From positions 3,714,601 through 3,778,600 of the forward strand of contig JASGHX010000001.1 in assembly GCA_047602205.1 (NCBI GenBank): DNA of 64,000 nucleotides, given 5' to 3'. The DNA is from Rubrivivax sp. GTDB taxonomy: Bacteria; Pseudomonadota; Gammaproteobacteria; Burkholderiales; Burkholderiaceae_C. Position numbers and translations under genes: made by a program. This document shows, one piece after another, positions 45,727 through 54,780 of this stretch. Below the pieces are notes generated by a model that saw only the letters and a program-made list of their open reading frames with translations, ran no database searches and was not told the DNA's origin. Each line of letters begins with the position of its first letter. Position 1 is the stretch's first letter.

Positions 45727-48023
45727 TGGCGCCCCCTACGGCCCTGCAGGCCGGTCCCCCCGAGGGGGAGCGATCCGGACCGGGGAACCCGGATCCGGAT
45801 CCTCCTCGTCTTGCGGTACCGCTGATTCTGACGCGCGGACAGATCCGCGCGCGCCGCATCGTCCTCGGCTGGCTGCTGCTGGGGCTGGCGGCCTACGTGC
45901 TGCTGCCCTGGTACTTCCCGCAGAACCTCAGCCTGCTGAAATCGCTGCCCGGCATCTTCGGCGGCAGCGAGACGGCCAGCGGCCTGGTGCAGGCCGCCGT
46001 GCACCACAAGCCCTGGCTGTGGCTGGGACTGGCAGGGCTGCTGCTGGCGGCCGCGGGCTGGCCGCTGCCGGCCGGGCGCGTGCAGGGCTGGCTGTGGCTG
46101 GGCGGCGGCGGCCTGGGCCTCGCGGGCCTGCTGGCCAGCGGCTTCGCGATCGGCGCGCAGGGCTGGTCCTACGAGTGGCTGACCCGCCTCTTCGGCGAAC
46201 TGGGCGGCGGCCAGTTCGGCGTCGGCCTGGGCGCCGCGCTGGTGCTGCTGGCGCTGCTGATGCTGATGGGCGCCGGCGTCGCGCGCCTGAGCTTCTTCCG
46301 CGGCGACATCTTCGTGGCCGCGGCCGTGCTGCTGTGCGCGGCGCTGCTGCTGCTGTTCGTCGCGCTGCCGGTGGGCAAGAGCCTGGTCGGCGCCTTCCTC
46401 GACGACGGCGGCGCATTCTCGCTGCAGGCGCTGGCCGAGCGGCTGGGGCAGGACCGCGTCTGGGGCCTGTCGTGCCTGGCGGGCGGCGCGCACTGCGGCG
46501 TGGCCTGGAACACGCTGTTCCTCGCGCTGCTGACGGCCGCCGGCACCACGCTGCTGGGCACGCTGATCGCGTTGATGGCCGAACGCGGCAACCGCGCCTA
46601 CAGCAAGCCGCTCAACATCCTGGCGCTGTTGCCCATCATCACGCCGCCGTTCGTCGTCGGGCTGGGCCTGATCCTGCTGTTCGGCCGCGCCGGGCTGGTC
46701 AACCAGTTCCTCGAATGGGCCTTCGGCGTCACGCCCTCGCGCTGGTTCTACGGGTTGTTCGGCATCCTGCTGGCGCAGTTGTTCGCGTTCACGCCGATCG
46801 CCTTCATGATCATGCGCGGCGTCGTGCAGGGCATCAGCCCCAGCATGGAGGAAGCCGCGCAGACGCTGCGCGCCAGCCGCTGGCAGACCTTCAAGACGGT
46901 GACGCTGCCGCTGATGAAGCCGGGGCTGGCCAACGCCTTCCTGGTCGGCTTCATCGAGAGCATGGCCGACTTCGGCAACCCGGTGGTCGTGGGCGGGCAG
47001 TACGCGGTGCTGTCGACCGACATCTTCTTCGCGATCGTCGGCGCGCAATACGACCAGGGGCGCGCCGCCTCGCTGGCGCTGATCCTCACCGGCTTCGCGC
47101 TGGCGGTGTTCTTCGCGCAGCAGAAGCTGCTGGGCCGCAGCAGCTACACCACGCTGGGCGGCAAGGGCGACGCCGGCTTGCCGATGCCGCTGCCCGAGCG
47201 CGTGCGCCGGCTGTGCCGCGGCGTCGCGCTGCCCTGGCTGGCGTTCACGGTCGTCGTCTACGTGTTCGCCTTCATCGGCGGCTTCGTGCAGACCTGGGGG
47301 CGCGACTACACGCCCACGCTGCGCCACTTCAAGACCGCGTTCGACCTGCAGTGGGGCGACTACGGCCTGGTGTGGGCCGGCACCGCGTGGAACTCGCTGT
47401 TCACGACGCTGAAGCTCTCGGCCATCGCGGCGCCGATCTGCGCGGCCATCGGCCTCTTGATCAGCTGGCTGCTGGCGCGCACGCAGTTCGTCGGGCAGAA
47501 GGCCTTCGAGTTCGGCGCGCTGCTGGCCTTCGCCATTCCCGGCACGGTGCTGGGCGTGAGCTACATCCTGGCCTTCAACGTGCCGCCGTTCGAGCTGACC
47601 GGCACCGCGCTGATCATCGTGCTGTGCTTCGTGTTCCGCAACCTGCCGGTGGGCGTGCGCGCCGGCACCGCCAGCTTCAAGCAGCTCGACAAGAGCCTGG
47701 ACGAGGCCAGCACCATGCTGCGCGCCGGCACCGCCACCACGCTGCGCCGCGTGGTGCTGCCGCTGCTCAAGCCCGCGGTCGTCGCGGCGCTGGTCTACAG
47801 CTTCGTGCGCAGCATGACCACGGTGTCGGCCGTCGTCTTCCTGGTGACGGCCGAGAACGAGCTGGCCACCACCTACATCATCGGCCGCGTCGGCAACGGC
47901 GACTACGGCATCGCGCTGGCGTATTGCACGGTGCTGATCGTGCTGATGTCGCTGGTCACGGCGCTGATCCAGTTCCTCGTCGGCGAGCGCAAGCTCGGCC
48001 GCCGACCCACGCAAGGACATTGA
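45726..48023 (+). CDS. ABC permease, AfuB/FbpB-like with fused double TM domain (start uncertain)
   Basis: LPIITPPFVVGL, MEEAAQTLRASRWQTF, ESMADFGNP, second EAA loop LDEASTMLRA. Confidence 0.88.
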   Translation: MAPPTALQAGPPEGERSGPGNPDPDPPRLAVPLILTRGQIRARRIVLGWLLLGLAAYVLLPWYFPQNLSLLKSLPGIFGGSETASGLVQAAVHHKPWLWLGLAGLLLAAAGWPLPAGRVQGWLWLGGGGLGLAGLLASGFAIGAQGWSYEWLTRLFGELGGGQFGVGLGAALVLLALLMLMGAGVARLSFFRGDIFVAAAVLLCAALLLLFVALPVGKSLVGAFLDDGGAFSLQALAERLGQDRVWGLSCLAGGAHCGVAWNTLFLALLTAAGTTLLGTLIALMAERGNRAYSKPLNILALLPIITPPFVVGLGLILLFGRAGLVNQFLEWAFGVTPSRWFYGLFGILLAQLFAFTPIAFMIMRGVVQGISPSMEEAAQTLRASRWQTFKTVTLPLMKPGLANAFLVGFIESMADFGNPVVVGGQYAVLSTDIFFAIVGAQYDQGRAASLALILTGFALAVFFAQQKLLGRSSYTTLGGKGDAGLPMPLPERVRRLCRGVALPWLAFTVVVYVFAFIGGFVQTWGRDYTPTLRHFKTAFDLQWGDYGLVWAGTAWNSLFTTLKLSAIAAPICAAIGLLISWLLARTQFVGQKAFEFGALLAFAIPGTVLGVSYILAFNVPPFELTGTALIIVLCFVFRNLPVGVRAGTASFKQLDKSLDEASTMLRAGTATTLRRVVLPLLKPAVVAALVYSFVRSMTTVSAVVFLVTAENELATTYIIGRVGNGDYGIALAYCTVLIVLMSLVTALIQFLVGERKLGRRPTQGH
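45755..45801 (-). repeat. Second copy of the double-hairpin REP-like unit found at 10654-10705
   Basis: Reverse complement ccggatccgg-gttcc-ccggtccggatcgct-ccccctcgggggg matches ccggatccgg-ctttg-ccggtccggttcggtag-ccccctcgggggg. Confidence 0.7.
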
Positions 48024-48025
48024 AG

Positions 48026-49072
48026 ATGCCCGCAGGGATCGAGTTCCGCCAGGTCACCAAGCGCTACGGCGACGCGACGTCGCCGCTGGTCGTCAAGGGC
48101 ATCGACCTCGTGGTCGAGAAGGGCACGCTGACGACCATCCTCGGCCCCTCGGGCTGCGGCAAGACGACCACGCTGCGCATGATCGCCGGGCTGGACGCGG
48201 CCAGCGGCGGGCGCATCCTGATCGACGGCCAGGACGTCACCGACCTCGGCCCGGCCGAGCGCAACGTTTCCATGGTGTTCCAGAGTTATGCGCTGTTTCC
48301 GCACATGAAGGTGCTGGACAACGTCTGCTACGGCCTCAGCGTCAGCGGCGTCTCGCGCGACGAGTCGGCGCGCCGCGCCCGCGCGGCGATGGACAGCGTG
48401 GGCCTCGCGGGCTACGAGGAGCGGCTGCCTGCTGAGCTGTCGGGCGGCCAGCAGCAGCGCGTGGCGGTGGCGCGATCGCTGGTGCTGGAGCCCAGCGTGA
48501 TGCTGTTCGACGAGCCGCTGTCCAACCTGGACGCGCGGCTGCGGCGCAGCATGCGCGAGGAGATCCGCGCGCTGCAGCAGCGCCTGGGGCTCACCGTGGC
48601 CTACGTCACCCACGACCAGAGCGAGGCGCTGGCCGTCAGCGACCAGATCGTGGTGATGAACGCCGGCCGCATCGCGCAGGCCGGCACGCCGCGCCAGCTC
48701 TACGAGCACCCGAACAGCGAGTTCGTCGCCGGCTTCATGGGCGAGGCGATGCTGTTCGCCGCGACGGCGGATGCCGACGGCATCGTGCAGCTCGGCCCCT
48801 TGCGGCTGCCGGCGCGGCGCGCGGTGCGGCCGGGCGCGGTGAAGGTGGCGGTGCGGCCCGAAGCCTGGGCCGTGTGCGACGGCGCGCCCGACGCGCTGCC
48901 CGGCAGCCTGCTGAAGAGCGCGTACCTCGGCAGCTTCCAAGAGCTGACCGTCGGCACCGAGATCGGCGAGATCTTCGTCGTCTCGGCCGACGTGCAGCGC
49001 GACTGGCGCATCGGCGAGGCGCTGGCGCTGCGGCTGGCGGGCAGCGGGGTGTCGGTGGTTGAAGCGGGCTGA
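48026..49072 (+). CDS. ABC ATPase, AfuC/FbpC-like
   Basis: GPSGCGKTTT, VFQSYALFPH, LSGGQQQRVA, FDEPLSNLDARLR, YVTHDQSEA, TOBE tail. Confidence 0.93.
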   Translation: MPAGIEFRQVTKRYGDATSPLVVKGIDLVVEKGTLTTILGPSGCGKTTTLRMIAGLDAASGGRILIDGQDVTDLGPAERNVSMVFQSYALFPHMKVLDNVCYGLSVSGVSRDESARRARAAMDSVGLAGYEERLPAELSGGQQQRVAVARSLVLEPSVMLFDEPLSNLDARLRRSMREEIRALQQRLGLTVAYVTHDQSEALAVSDQIVVMNAGRIAQAGTPRQLYEHPNSEFVAGFMGEAMLFAATADADGIVQLGPLRLPARRAVRPGAVKVAVRPEAWAVCDGAPDALPGSLLKSAYLGSFQELTVGTEIGEIFVVSADVQRDWRIGEALALRLAGSGVSVVEAG

Positions 49073-49084
49073 GCGGCGGCGGCG

Positions 49085-49810
49085 CTACAGCGGCAGCTCG
49101 ACCCGCGTGCGCCCGTCCAGCCGCAGCAGCACCGAGCGCGGCTGGATGCGTTCCAGCACGATGCCCGGCGCCAGCACGTCGCCTTCGTGCGCGATCTGGC
49201 CGCCCACCAGCACGAAGCGCTGGCTGCGGTCGGGCGAATAGACGCCGCCGCTCAGGCCCAGGCGGGCCAGCGCGCTGCGCTGGGGTTCGGGCAGCATCGC
49301 GGCGTTGATGGGCGGCGGCTCGGGTGCGCTGGCGGCGGCAACGGGCGCCGATGCGGAAGACGATGCCGATGCTGTTGCCGAGGCCGGTGCCGATGCCGAT
49401 GCCGAAGCGATGGGCGCCGGCGGTGCCGACGCCGCCGCGGCGGGCGTGCGGCGGGCTGCGGCCCGCGGCGGCGGGGGCGCTTGCGCCGGCCTGGGCGGCA
49501 GGCGCGGCGGCGCGGCGGCCGGTGGTGGCGTCATGGGGGCCGCGGCCACCGGCGCCGCAGCGGCCGGCGGCGGTGACGTTGGCGGTGGCGACATCGCCCG
49601 CGACCACCACCAGGCCGCCGTCGCGGCCGCGACCGCTGCCGCGCATGCGACGACGGCGATCAGCAGCGACAGCCCGCCGGGCCGTCCATCTCGCGGCCGG
49701 CCCGGCGCCGCGTCCAGCGCCGGCCAGCGCGCCACCTGGTCCAGCGCCGGCGGTTCGCCGCGGCGGCGTTCGGCCTCGGCGCGGCGCAGGGCATCGAGGA
49801 TGTAGGACAT
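49085..49810 (-). CDS. gspB: General secretion pathway protein GspB/ExeB
   Basis: [18 protein letters not shown] motif, TM, Pro/Ala linker, VYSPDRSQRFVLVGGQIAHEGD. Confidence 0.88.
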   Translation of the reverse strand: MSYILDALRRAEAERRRGEPPALDQVARWPALDAAPGRPRDGRPGGLSLLIAVVACAAAVAAATAAWWWSRAMSPPPTSPPPAAAAPVAAAPMTPPPAAAPPRLPPRPAQAPPPPRAAARRTPAAAASAPPAPIASASASAPASATASASSSASAPVAAASAPEPPPINAAMLPEPQRSALARLGLSGGVYSPDRSQRFVLVGGQIAHEGDVLAPGIVLERIQPRSVLLRLDGRTRVELPL

Positions 49811-51396
49811 CAGGGCTCCGGGCGCAGATGGGGCTCGTCGGCGCCGCCGGCGCGCTGGAGCTGCATCAGCGTCAGCGGGCCCAGCAGGCCATCCGCCGGC
49901 AGGCCCTGCGCCAACTGGAAGGCGTAGACGCGGCGGCGCAAGGCCTCGTCGCGGGCCACGGGCGGCGCGCTGGGGCTGTCGGCGCCTTGCAGCGCCAGCA
50001 GGCGCTCCAGCGCCCAGTCGGCCATGCGCTGATCGACCGGCGGCGGCCGCCACCAGGCCAGCAGATCGCCGCTCCACAGCGCCTGCAGGCGCTGCAGCGG
50101 CAGCCGCTGCTCGCCCGCCGCGCCGCGCAGCAGCGCGTGGTCGCGGCCGAGCGCTTGCAGCAGCACCGGGCCGCCGCCGTCGCCCAGCGTCAGCAACAGC
50201 GGGCGGTCCAGGCGGCGCAGCAAGGCCAGGTCGCCGCGCCCCTGGTGGCAGGCCAGGCCCAGCGTGCGCGCGCGGCTGCAGGCGTCGCCGGCGGGGGCCG
50301 ATGCCGCCAGGCCCCAGGCCGCGGCCAGGGCCGCGCCGGCGGCTTCGGCATCGGCGAAAGGCGCGGGCTCGGCGGTCGAAGCGAGGGCGGCAGACGCGGC
50401 CGAAGCCGCAGCGCCGGCGGCCGACGCCGCGGTCCGCGCCGGCCCCGCGGCCGTCCTGCCGAAAGGCCAATGCCCCGGCAGCGCCGCGGCCAGCGCCACC
50501 ACCATCGCGGTGCCGACAGCCAGTCCGGCCAGGCCGGCCGGCCACGACCATGGCCACGGCCAAGCGTCGCGGCGCCGCCGTTCGGCGCCGAAAGCCTCCT
50601 GCGCCGCGCGGCGCACCGTGGCCGCGTCCACATGGTGCCGGCCCTGGGCGTAGGCGCCCAGCAAGGCGCGTTCGCACAGCAGGTTGATGCGCCGCGGCAC
50701 GCCGCCGCTCAAGGCGTGAATCCGCGCGAGCGCGCGGCGGTCGAAGGGCGAGGGGCCGCTCAGGCCCGCGACGGTCAGCCGGTGCTGCACGTAGTCGGCC
50801 GTCTCGGCGGCCGTCAGCGGCCCCAGGTGCACGCGCGCGATCACGCGCTGCGACAACTGCTCCAGCTCGGGCCGCGCCAGCTTGTCGCGCAGCTCGGGCT
50901 GGCCGATCAGCACGATCTGCAGCAGCTTGCGCTCGGTGGTCTCCAGGTTGGTCAGCAGCCGCAACTGCTCCAGCAGATCGGCCGAGAGGCCCTGCGCCTC
51001 GTCGACCACCAGCAGGCACTTCTCGCCTTTGGCATGCGTGTCCAGCAGGAAGCGGTTCAGCGCATCGATCCAGGGCTTGACGGTGGCCGGCGGCGGCCCG
51101 TCCGGCGCGATGCCGAACTCCTGGCAGACGGTCTGCAACAGCTCCACCGGCGTCAGCTTGGGGTTGTAGACGTAGGCCACGCGGTGGCCCGGCGGAATCT
51201 GGTCCAGGAAGCAGCGGCACACCGTGGTCTTGCCGGTGCCGATTTCGCCGGTCAGCAGCACGAAGCCGCCGCCGCCCTGCAGCCCGTACAGCAGGTGCGC
51301 CAGCGCTTCGCGGTGCATCGTGCTCAGGTGCAGGAAGCGCGGATCGGGGGCGATCGCGAACGCCGGCTGCCGCAGGCCGAAGAAGGGCGCGTACAT
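49810..51396 (-). CDS. gspA: ExeA/GspA AAA ATPase with C-terminal peptidoglycan-binding domain
   Basis: [71 protein letters not shown]. Confidence 0.92.
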   Translation of the reverse strand: MYAPFFGLRQPAFAIAPDPRFLHLSTMHREALAHLLYGLQGGGGFVLLTGEIGTGKTTVCRCFLDQIPPGHRVAYVYNPKLTPVELLQTVCQEFGIAPDGPPPATVKPWIDALNRFLLDTHAKGEKCLLVVDEAQGLSADLLEQLRLLTNLETTERKLLQIVLIGQPELRDKLARPELEQLSQRVIARVHLGPLTAAETADYVQHRLTVAGLSGPSPFDRRALARIHALSGGVPRRINLLCERALLGAYAQGRHHVDAATVRRAAQEAFGAERRRRDAWPWPWSWPAGLAGLAVGTAMVVALAAALPGHWPFGRTAAGPARTAASAAGAAASAASAALASTAEPAPFADAEAAGAALAAAWGLAASAPAGDACSRARTLGLACHQGRGDLALLRRLDRPLLLTLGDGGGPVLLQALGRDHALLRGAAGEQRLPLQRLQALWSGDLLAWWRPPPVDQRMADWALERLLALQGADSPSAPPVARDEALRRRVYAFQLAQGLPADGLLGPLTLMQLQRAGGADEPHLRPEP

Positions 51397-51439
51397 GGGG
51401 CGCCAGCATAGCCCCGGCCGCTCGGGTTCTAATGCCGGC

Positions 51440-52393
51440 ATGAACCAGCTCGACCAACTGAAGCAGTACACCACCGTCGTCGCCGACACCGGCAACTTCA
51501 AGCAGATGGCGGCCTTCGCGCCGCGCGACGCCACCACCAATCCGTCGCTGATCCTCAAGGCCGTGCAGCAGGCCGACTACGTGCCGCTGCTGGCCGACAC
51601 CGTGGCCGCGCACCGCGGCGAGCCGCTGGACGCGGTGGTCGACCGCGTGCTGGTGCGCTTCGGGCTGGAGATCCTGAAGATCGTGCCCGGGCGCGTCAGC
51701 ACCGAGGTCGACGCGCGCTTGTCGTTCGACACCGCGGCAACGGCCGCGCGCGCGCGGCGGCTGGTGGATTGGTACGCCGCGGCCGGCATCGCGCGCGAGC
51801 GCGTGCTGGTCAAGATCGCCGCCACCTGGGAAGGCATCCGCGCCGCCGAGGCGCTGGAGCGCGACGGCATCCATTGCAACCTGACGCTGCTGTTCGCGTT
51901 CAGCCAGGCCGTGGCCTGCGCCGACGCCGGCGTGCGGCTGATCAGCCCCTTCGTCGGCCGCATCTACGACTGGCACAAGAAGGCCGCCGGCAGCGCCTGG
52001 GACGAGGCCGCGAACGCCGGCGCCGACGACCCCGGCGTGCGCTCGGTGCGCGCGATCTTCAACCACTACAAGCGCCACGGCATCGCGACCGAAGTGATGG
52101 GCGCCAGCTTCCGCAACGTCGGCCAGATCCTGGCGCTGGTCGGCTGCGACCTGCTGACCATCAGCCCCGAGCTGCTGGCGCAGTTGCAGGCTGCCGACGC
52201 GCCGGCGCCGCGCGCGCTGGATGCCGCGGCTGCGCGCGCGCTGGATTTGACGGCCGTGCACCACGACGAGCGCAGCTTCCGCTGGGCGCTGAACGAGGAC
52301 GCGATGGCCACCGAGAAGCTGGCCGAAGGCATCCGCGCCTTCGCGGCCGATGCGTTGAAGCTAGACGCGCTGATCGAGCGGGCGCGCGGATGA
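51440..52393 (+). CDS. tal: Transaldolase
   Basis: [59 protein letters not shown]. Confidence 0.97.
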   Translation: MNQLDQLKQYTTVVADTGNFKQMAAFAPRDATTNPSLILKAVQQADYVPLLADTVAAHRGEPLDAVVDRVLVRFGLEILKIVPGRVSTEVDARLSFDTAATAARARRLVDWYAAAGIARERVLVKIAATWEGIRAAEALERDGIHCNLTLLFAFSQAVACADAGVRLISPFVGRIYDWHKKAAGSAWDEAANAGADDPGVRSVRAIFNHYKRHGIATEVMGASFRNVGQILALVGCDLLTISPELLAQLQAADAPAPRALDAAAARALDLTAVHHDERSFRWALNEDAMATEKLAEGIRAFAADALKLDALIERARG

Positions 52394-54006
52394 ACGCCGC
52401 CGCTGCCTATCCGCGTTGCGACCGCACCAAGGCCTGGGGCGCGCTGCAAGGCCACTTCGAGGCGCACGGCCGCGAGCTGGACCTGCGCGAGGCCTTCGCG
52501 CGCGACCCGCATCGCTTTGCCGCCTTCAGCCTGCAGGCGCCCGAGGTGTTTGCCGATCTGTCGAAGAACCTGATCGACATCGCGACGCGGCGCTTTTTGC
52601 TGGACCTGGCGCGCGAATGCGGCATCGAGCCACGGCGCGACGCGATGTTCGCCGGCGAGGCGATCAACGCGACCGAAGGCCGCGCGGTGCTGCACACCGC
52701 CTTGCGCGCGCCGCGCGGCGCCGCGCCGTTCAGCGACGAGGTGCACGCGGTGCTGGACGCGATGCTGGCCTATGCCGAGCGCGTGCGCGCCGATGCGGCC
52801 ATGGGCGGCTTCACCGACGTCGTCAACATCGGCATCGGCGGCAGCGACCTCGGGCCGGCGATGGCGGTGCCGGCGCTGGACGCCTACTGCCAGCGCGGGC
52901 TGCGCCTGCACTTCGTCAGCAACGTCGACGGCCACGACATCGTGCCGGTGCTGCGCGAGCTGGACCCGCGCAAGACGCTGTTCATCGTCGCCAGCAAGAC
53001 CTTCACGACCCAGGAGACGATGGCCAACGCCGCGGTGGCGCGGCAGTGGTTCCTGCAGCAGGGCATGGCCGAAGCCGAGATCGGCCGCCACTTCTGCGCG
53101 ACGACCACCAACGTGCAGGCCGCAGCCGCGTTCGGCATCGCGCAGACCTTCGGCTTCTGGGACTGGGTGGGCGGGCGCTATTCGCTGTGGAGTGCGATCG
53201 GGCTGCCGATCGCGATCGCCGTCGGCGACGCGAATTTCCGCGCGCTGCTGGCCGGCGCGCATGCGATGGACCGGCACTTCGCCGAGGCGCCGGCCGAGGC
53301 CAACCTGCCGCTGCAGCTCGGGCTGCTGGACGTCTGGTACCGCAACTTCCACCGCTTCGCGTCGCGCAGCGTCGCGCCGTACCACCAGGGCCTGCGCCGG
53401 CTGCCGGCCTACCTGCAGCAGCTGGAGATGGAAAGCAACGGCAAGCGCGTCGACATGGCCGGCGAGCCGCTGCCGCTGGCCACCAGCCCGGTGGTCTGGG
53501 GCGAGCCCGGCACCAACGGCCAGCACGCCTACTTCCAGATGCTGCACCAGGGCACGGACGTGATCCCGGTCGAGTTCATCGCGGTGCGCCGGCCTGCGCA
53601 CGGCCATGCGGATCTGCACGCCAAGCTGCTGGCCAACTGCCTGGCGCAAAGCCAGGCGCTGATGCGGGGCAAGACGGCCGACGAGGCTGCCGCCGAAAAT
53701 GCGCCCACCGCGTCGGCCACGATTGATCCCGCGGTGCTGGCGCGCCACCGCAGCTTCCCCGGCAACCGGCCCAGCACCACCTTCGTGCTGGACGAACTGA
53801 CGCCGCGCTCGCTGGGCGCGCTGCTGGCGCTGTACGAACACCGCGTGTTCACGAGCGGCGCGCTGTGGGGCATCAACAGCTTCGACCAGTGGGGCGTGGA
53901 ACTGGGAAAGGCGTTGTGCAATCAGCTCCTGCCGCGTTTCGACAGCGGGGACGTGAGCGGGCTCGACGCCTCCACCGCCGGACTGCTGCAGCGGCTGCGC
54001 GGATGA
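52390..54006 (+). CDS. pgi: Glucose-6-phosphate isomerase
   Basis: [64 protein letters not shown]. Confidence 0.98.
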   Translation: MNAAAAYPRCDRTKAWGALQGHFEAHGRELDLREAFARDPHRFAAFSLQAPEVFADLSKNLIDIATRRFLLDLARECGIEPRRDAMFAGEAINATEGRAVLHTALRAPRGAAPFSDEVHAVLDAMLAYAERVRADAAMGGFTDVVNIGIGGSDLGPAMAVPALDAYCQRGLRLHFVSNVDGHDIVPVLRELDPRKTLFIVASKTFTTQETMANAAVARQWFLQQGMAEAEIGRHFCATTTNVQAAAAFGIAQTFGFWDWVGGRYSLWSAIGLPIAIAVGDANFRALLAGAHAMDRHFAEAPAEANLPLQLGLLDVWYRNFHRFASRSVAPYHQGLRRLPAYLQQLEMESNGKRVDMAGEPLPLATSPVVWGEPGTNGQHAYFQMLHQGTDVIPVEFIAVRRPAHGHADLHAKLLANCLAQSQALMRGKTADEAAAENAPTASATIDPAVLARHRSFPGNRPSTTFVLDELTPRSLGALLALYEHRVFTSGALWGINSFDQWGVELGKALCNQLLPRFDSGDVSGLDASTAGLLQRLRG

Positions 54007-54290
54007 GCGTGGCTCACCCGTCCCGCGCTGTGGTGTTCTCGACTTCGGCGCTGTGTTGTTCCGCTGGCAGCCGGCCGAACTGCTGCAGCCGGCGATGCCC
54101 GAACTGGCGCCCGACGAAGCCGCTGCCCGGCAGCTGGCGGCGCGGCTGTTCCAGGGCTTCGTTCGAGCTGGCGGCGCATCGCTTCGGGCTGGAGCCGGCG
54201 CACACGCTGTTCATCGACGACGACGCCGCCAACGTCGCCGCGGCCCGGGCCCTGGGCTGGCAGGCGCTGCGGTTCAACGATGCCGCGGCG
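54003..54290 (+). pseudogene. HAD-family phosphatase remnant (frameshift, internal deletion, 3' truncation)
   Basis: VVF / DFGAVLFRWQP (motif I, frameshifted)...LFQGF joined directly to FELAAHRFGLEPAHTLFIDDDAANVAAARALGWQALRF (motif IV); the cap region and motifs II-III are missing. Confidence 0.75.
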
Positions 54291-54780
54291 TGCGGCTCGA
54301 ACGCTTGGTGCGCTACGTGGCGCGGCCGGCGCTTGCCAACGAACGGATCGAGTACGACGAAGGTGCCGGCTGCGTGACCATCGAACTCAAGTCCCCCTGG
54401 CGCGACGGCACCACGCACCTTGCGATGACGCCGCTGGAATTCATGCAGCGGCTGGCGGCGCTGGTGCCCAGGCCGCGGCTGCACCTCATCCGGTTCCACG
54501 GGGTTCTGGCGCCCAACGCCAAGCTGCGCCCGCTGGTGGTGCCCATGGGGCCGCCCGCGCCGCGCACGGCCATCGGCGCCGAAGACGACCCGTTCGAGGC
54601 GGCGCCCGAACCCAAACGCCGGAACTACATCCCTTGGGCCAAGCTGCTGGCCCGCGTCTTCAAGCTCGACCTGGAGCACTGCCCCCACTGCGGCGGCGGC
54701 CTGAGGATGGTCGCGGCGATCCTGGAGCGCGATGCCATCGAGCGCATCCTGGCTGTGTGTTCCAGCGAGCGGATGGTTCA
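54291..54780 (+). mobile_element. IS91/ISCR-family (Y2 rolling-circle) transposase C-terminal fragment
   Basis: LERLVRYVARPALANERI, LKSPWRDGTTHLAMTPLEFMQRLAALVPRPRLHLIRFHGVLAPN, WAKLLARVF, CPHCGG; N-terminal two-thirds absent. Confidence 0.85.

Noticed and set aside
43830-48023. Apparent giant ORFs (43830..48023, 33373..37275, 49085..52264, 1792..4863) as fusion proteins
   Set aside because: Only one segment of each is a real gene (permease, mlaF, gspB, gspD N-half); the rest is open frame by chance, with internal starts and RBSs.
49300-49620. Ala/Ser/Pro low-complexity repeats in gspB (and the Ser/Gly loop of gspD at about 3140-3290)
   Set aside because: Ordinary flexible linkers typical of these proteins.
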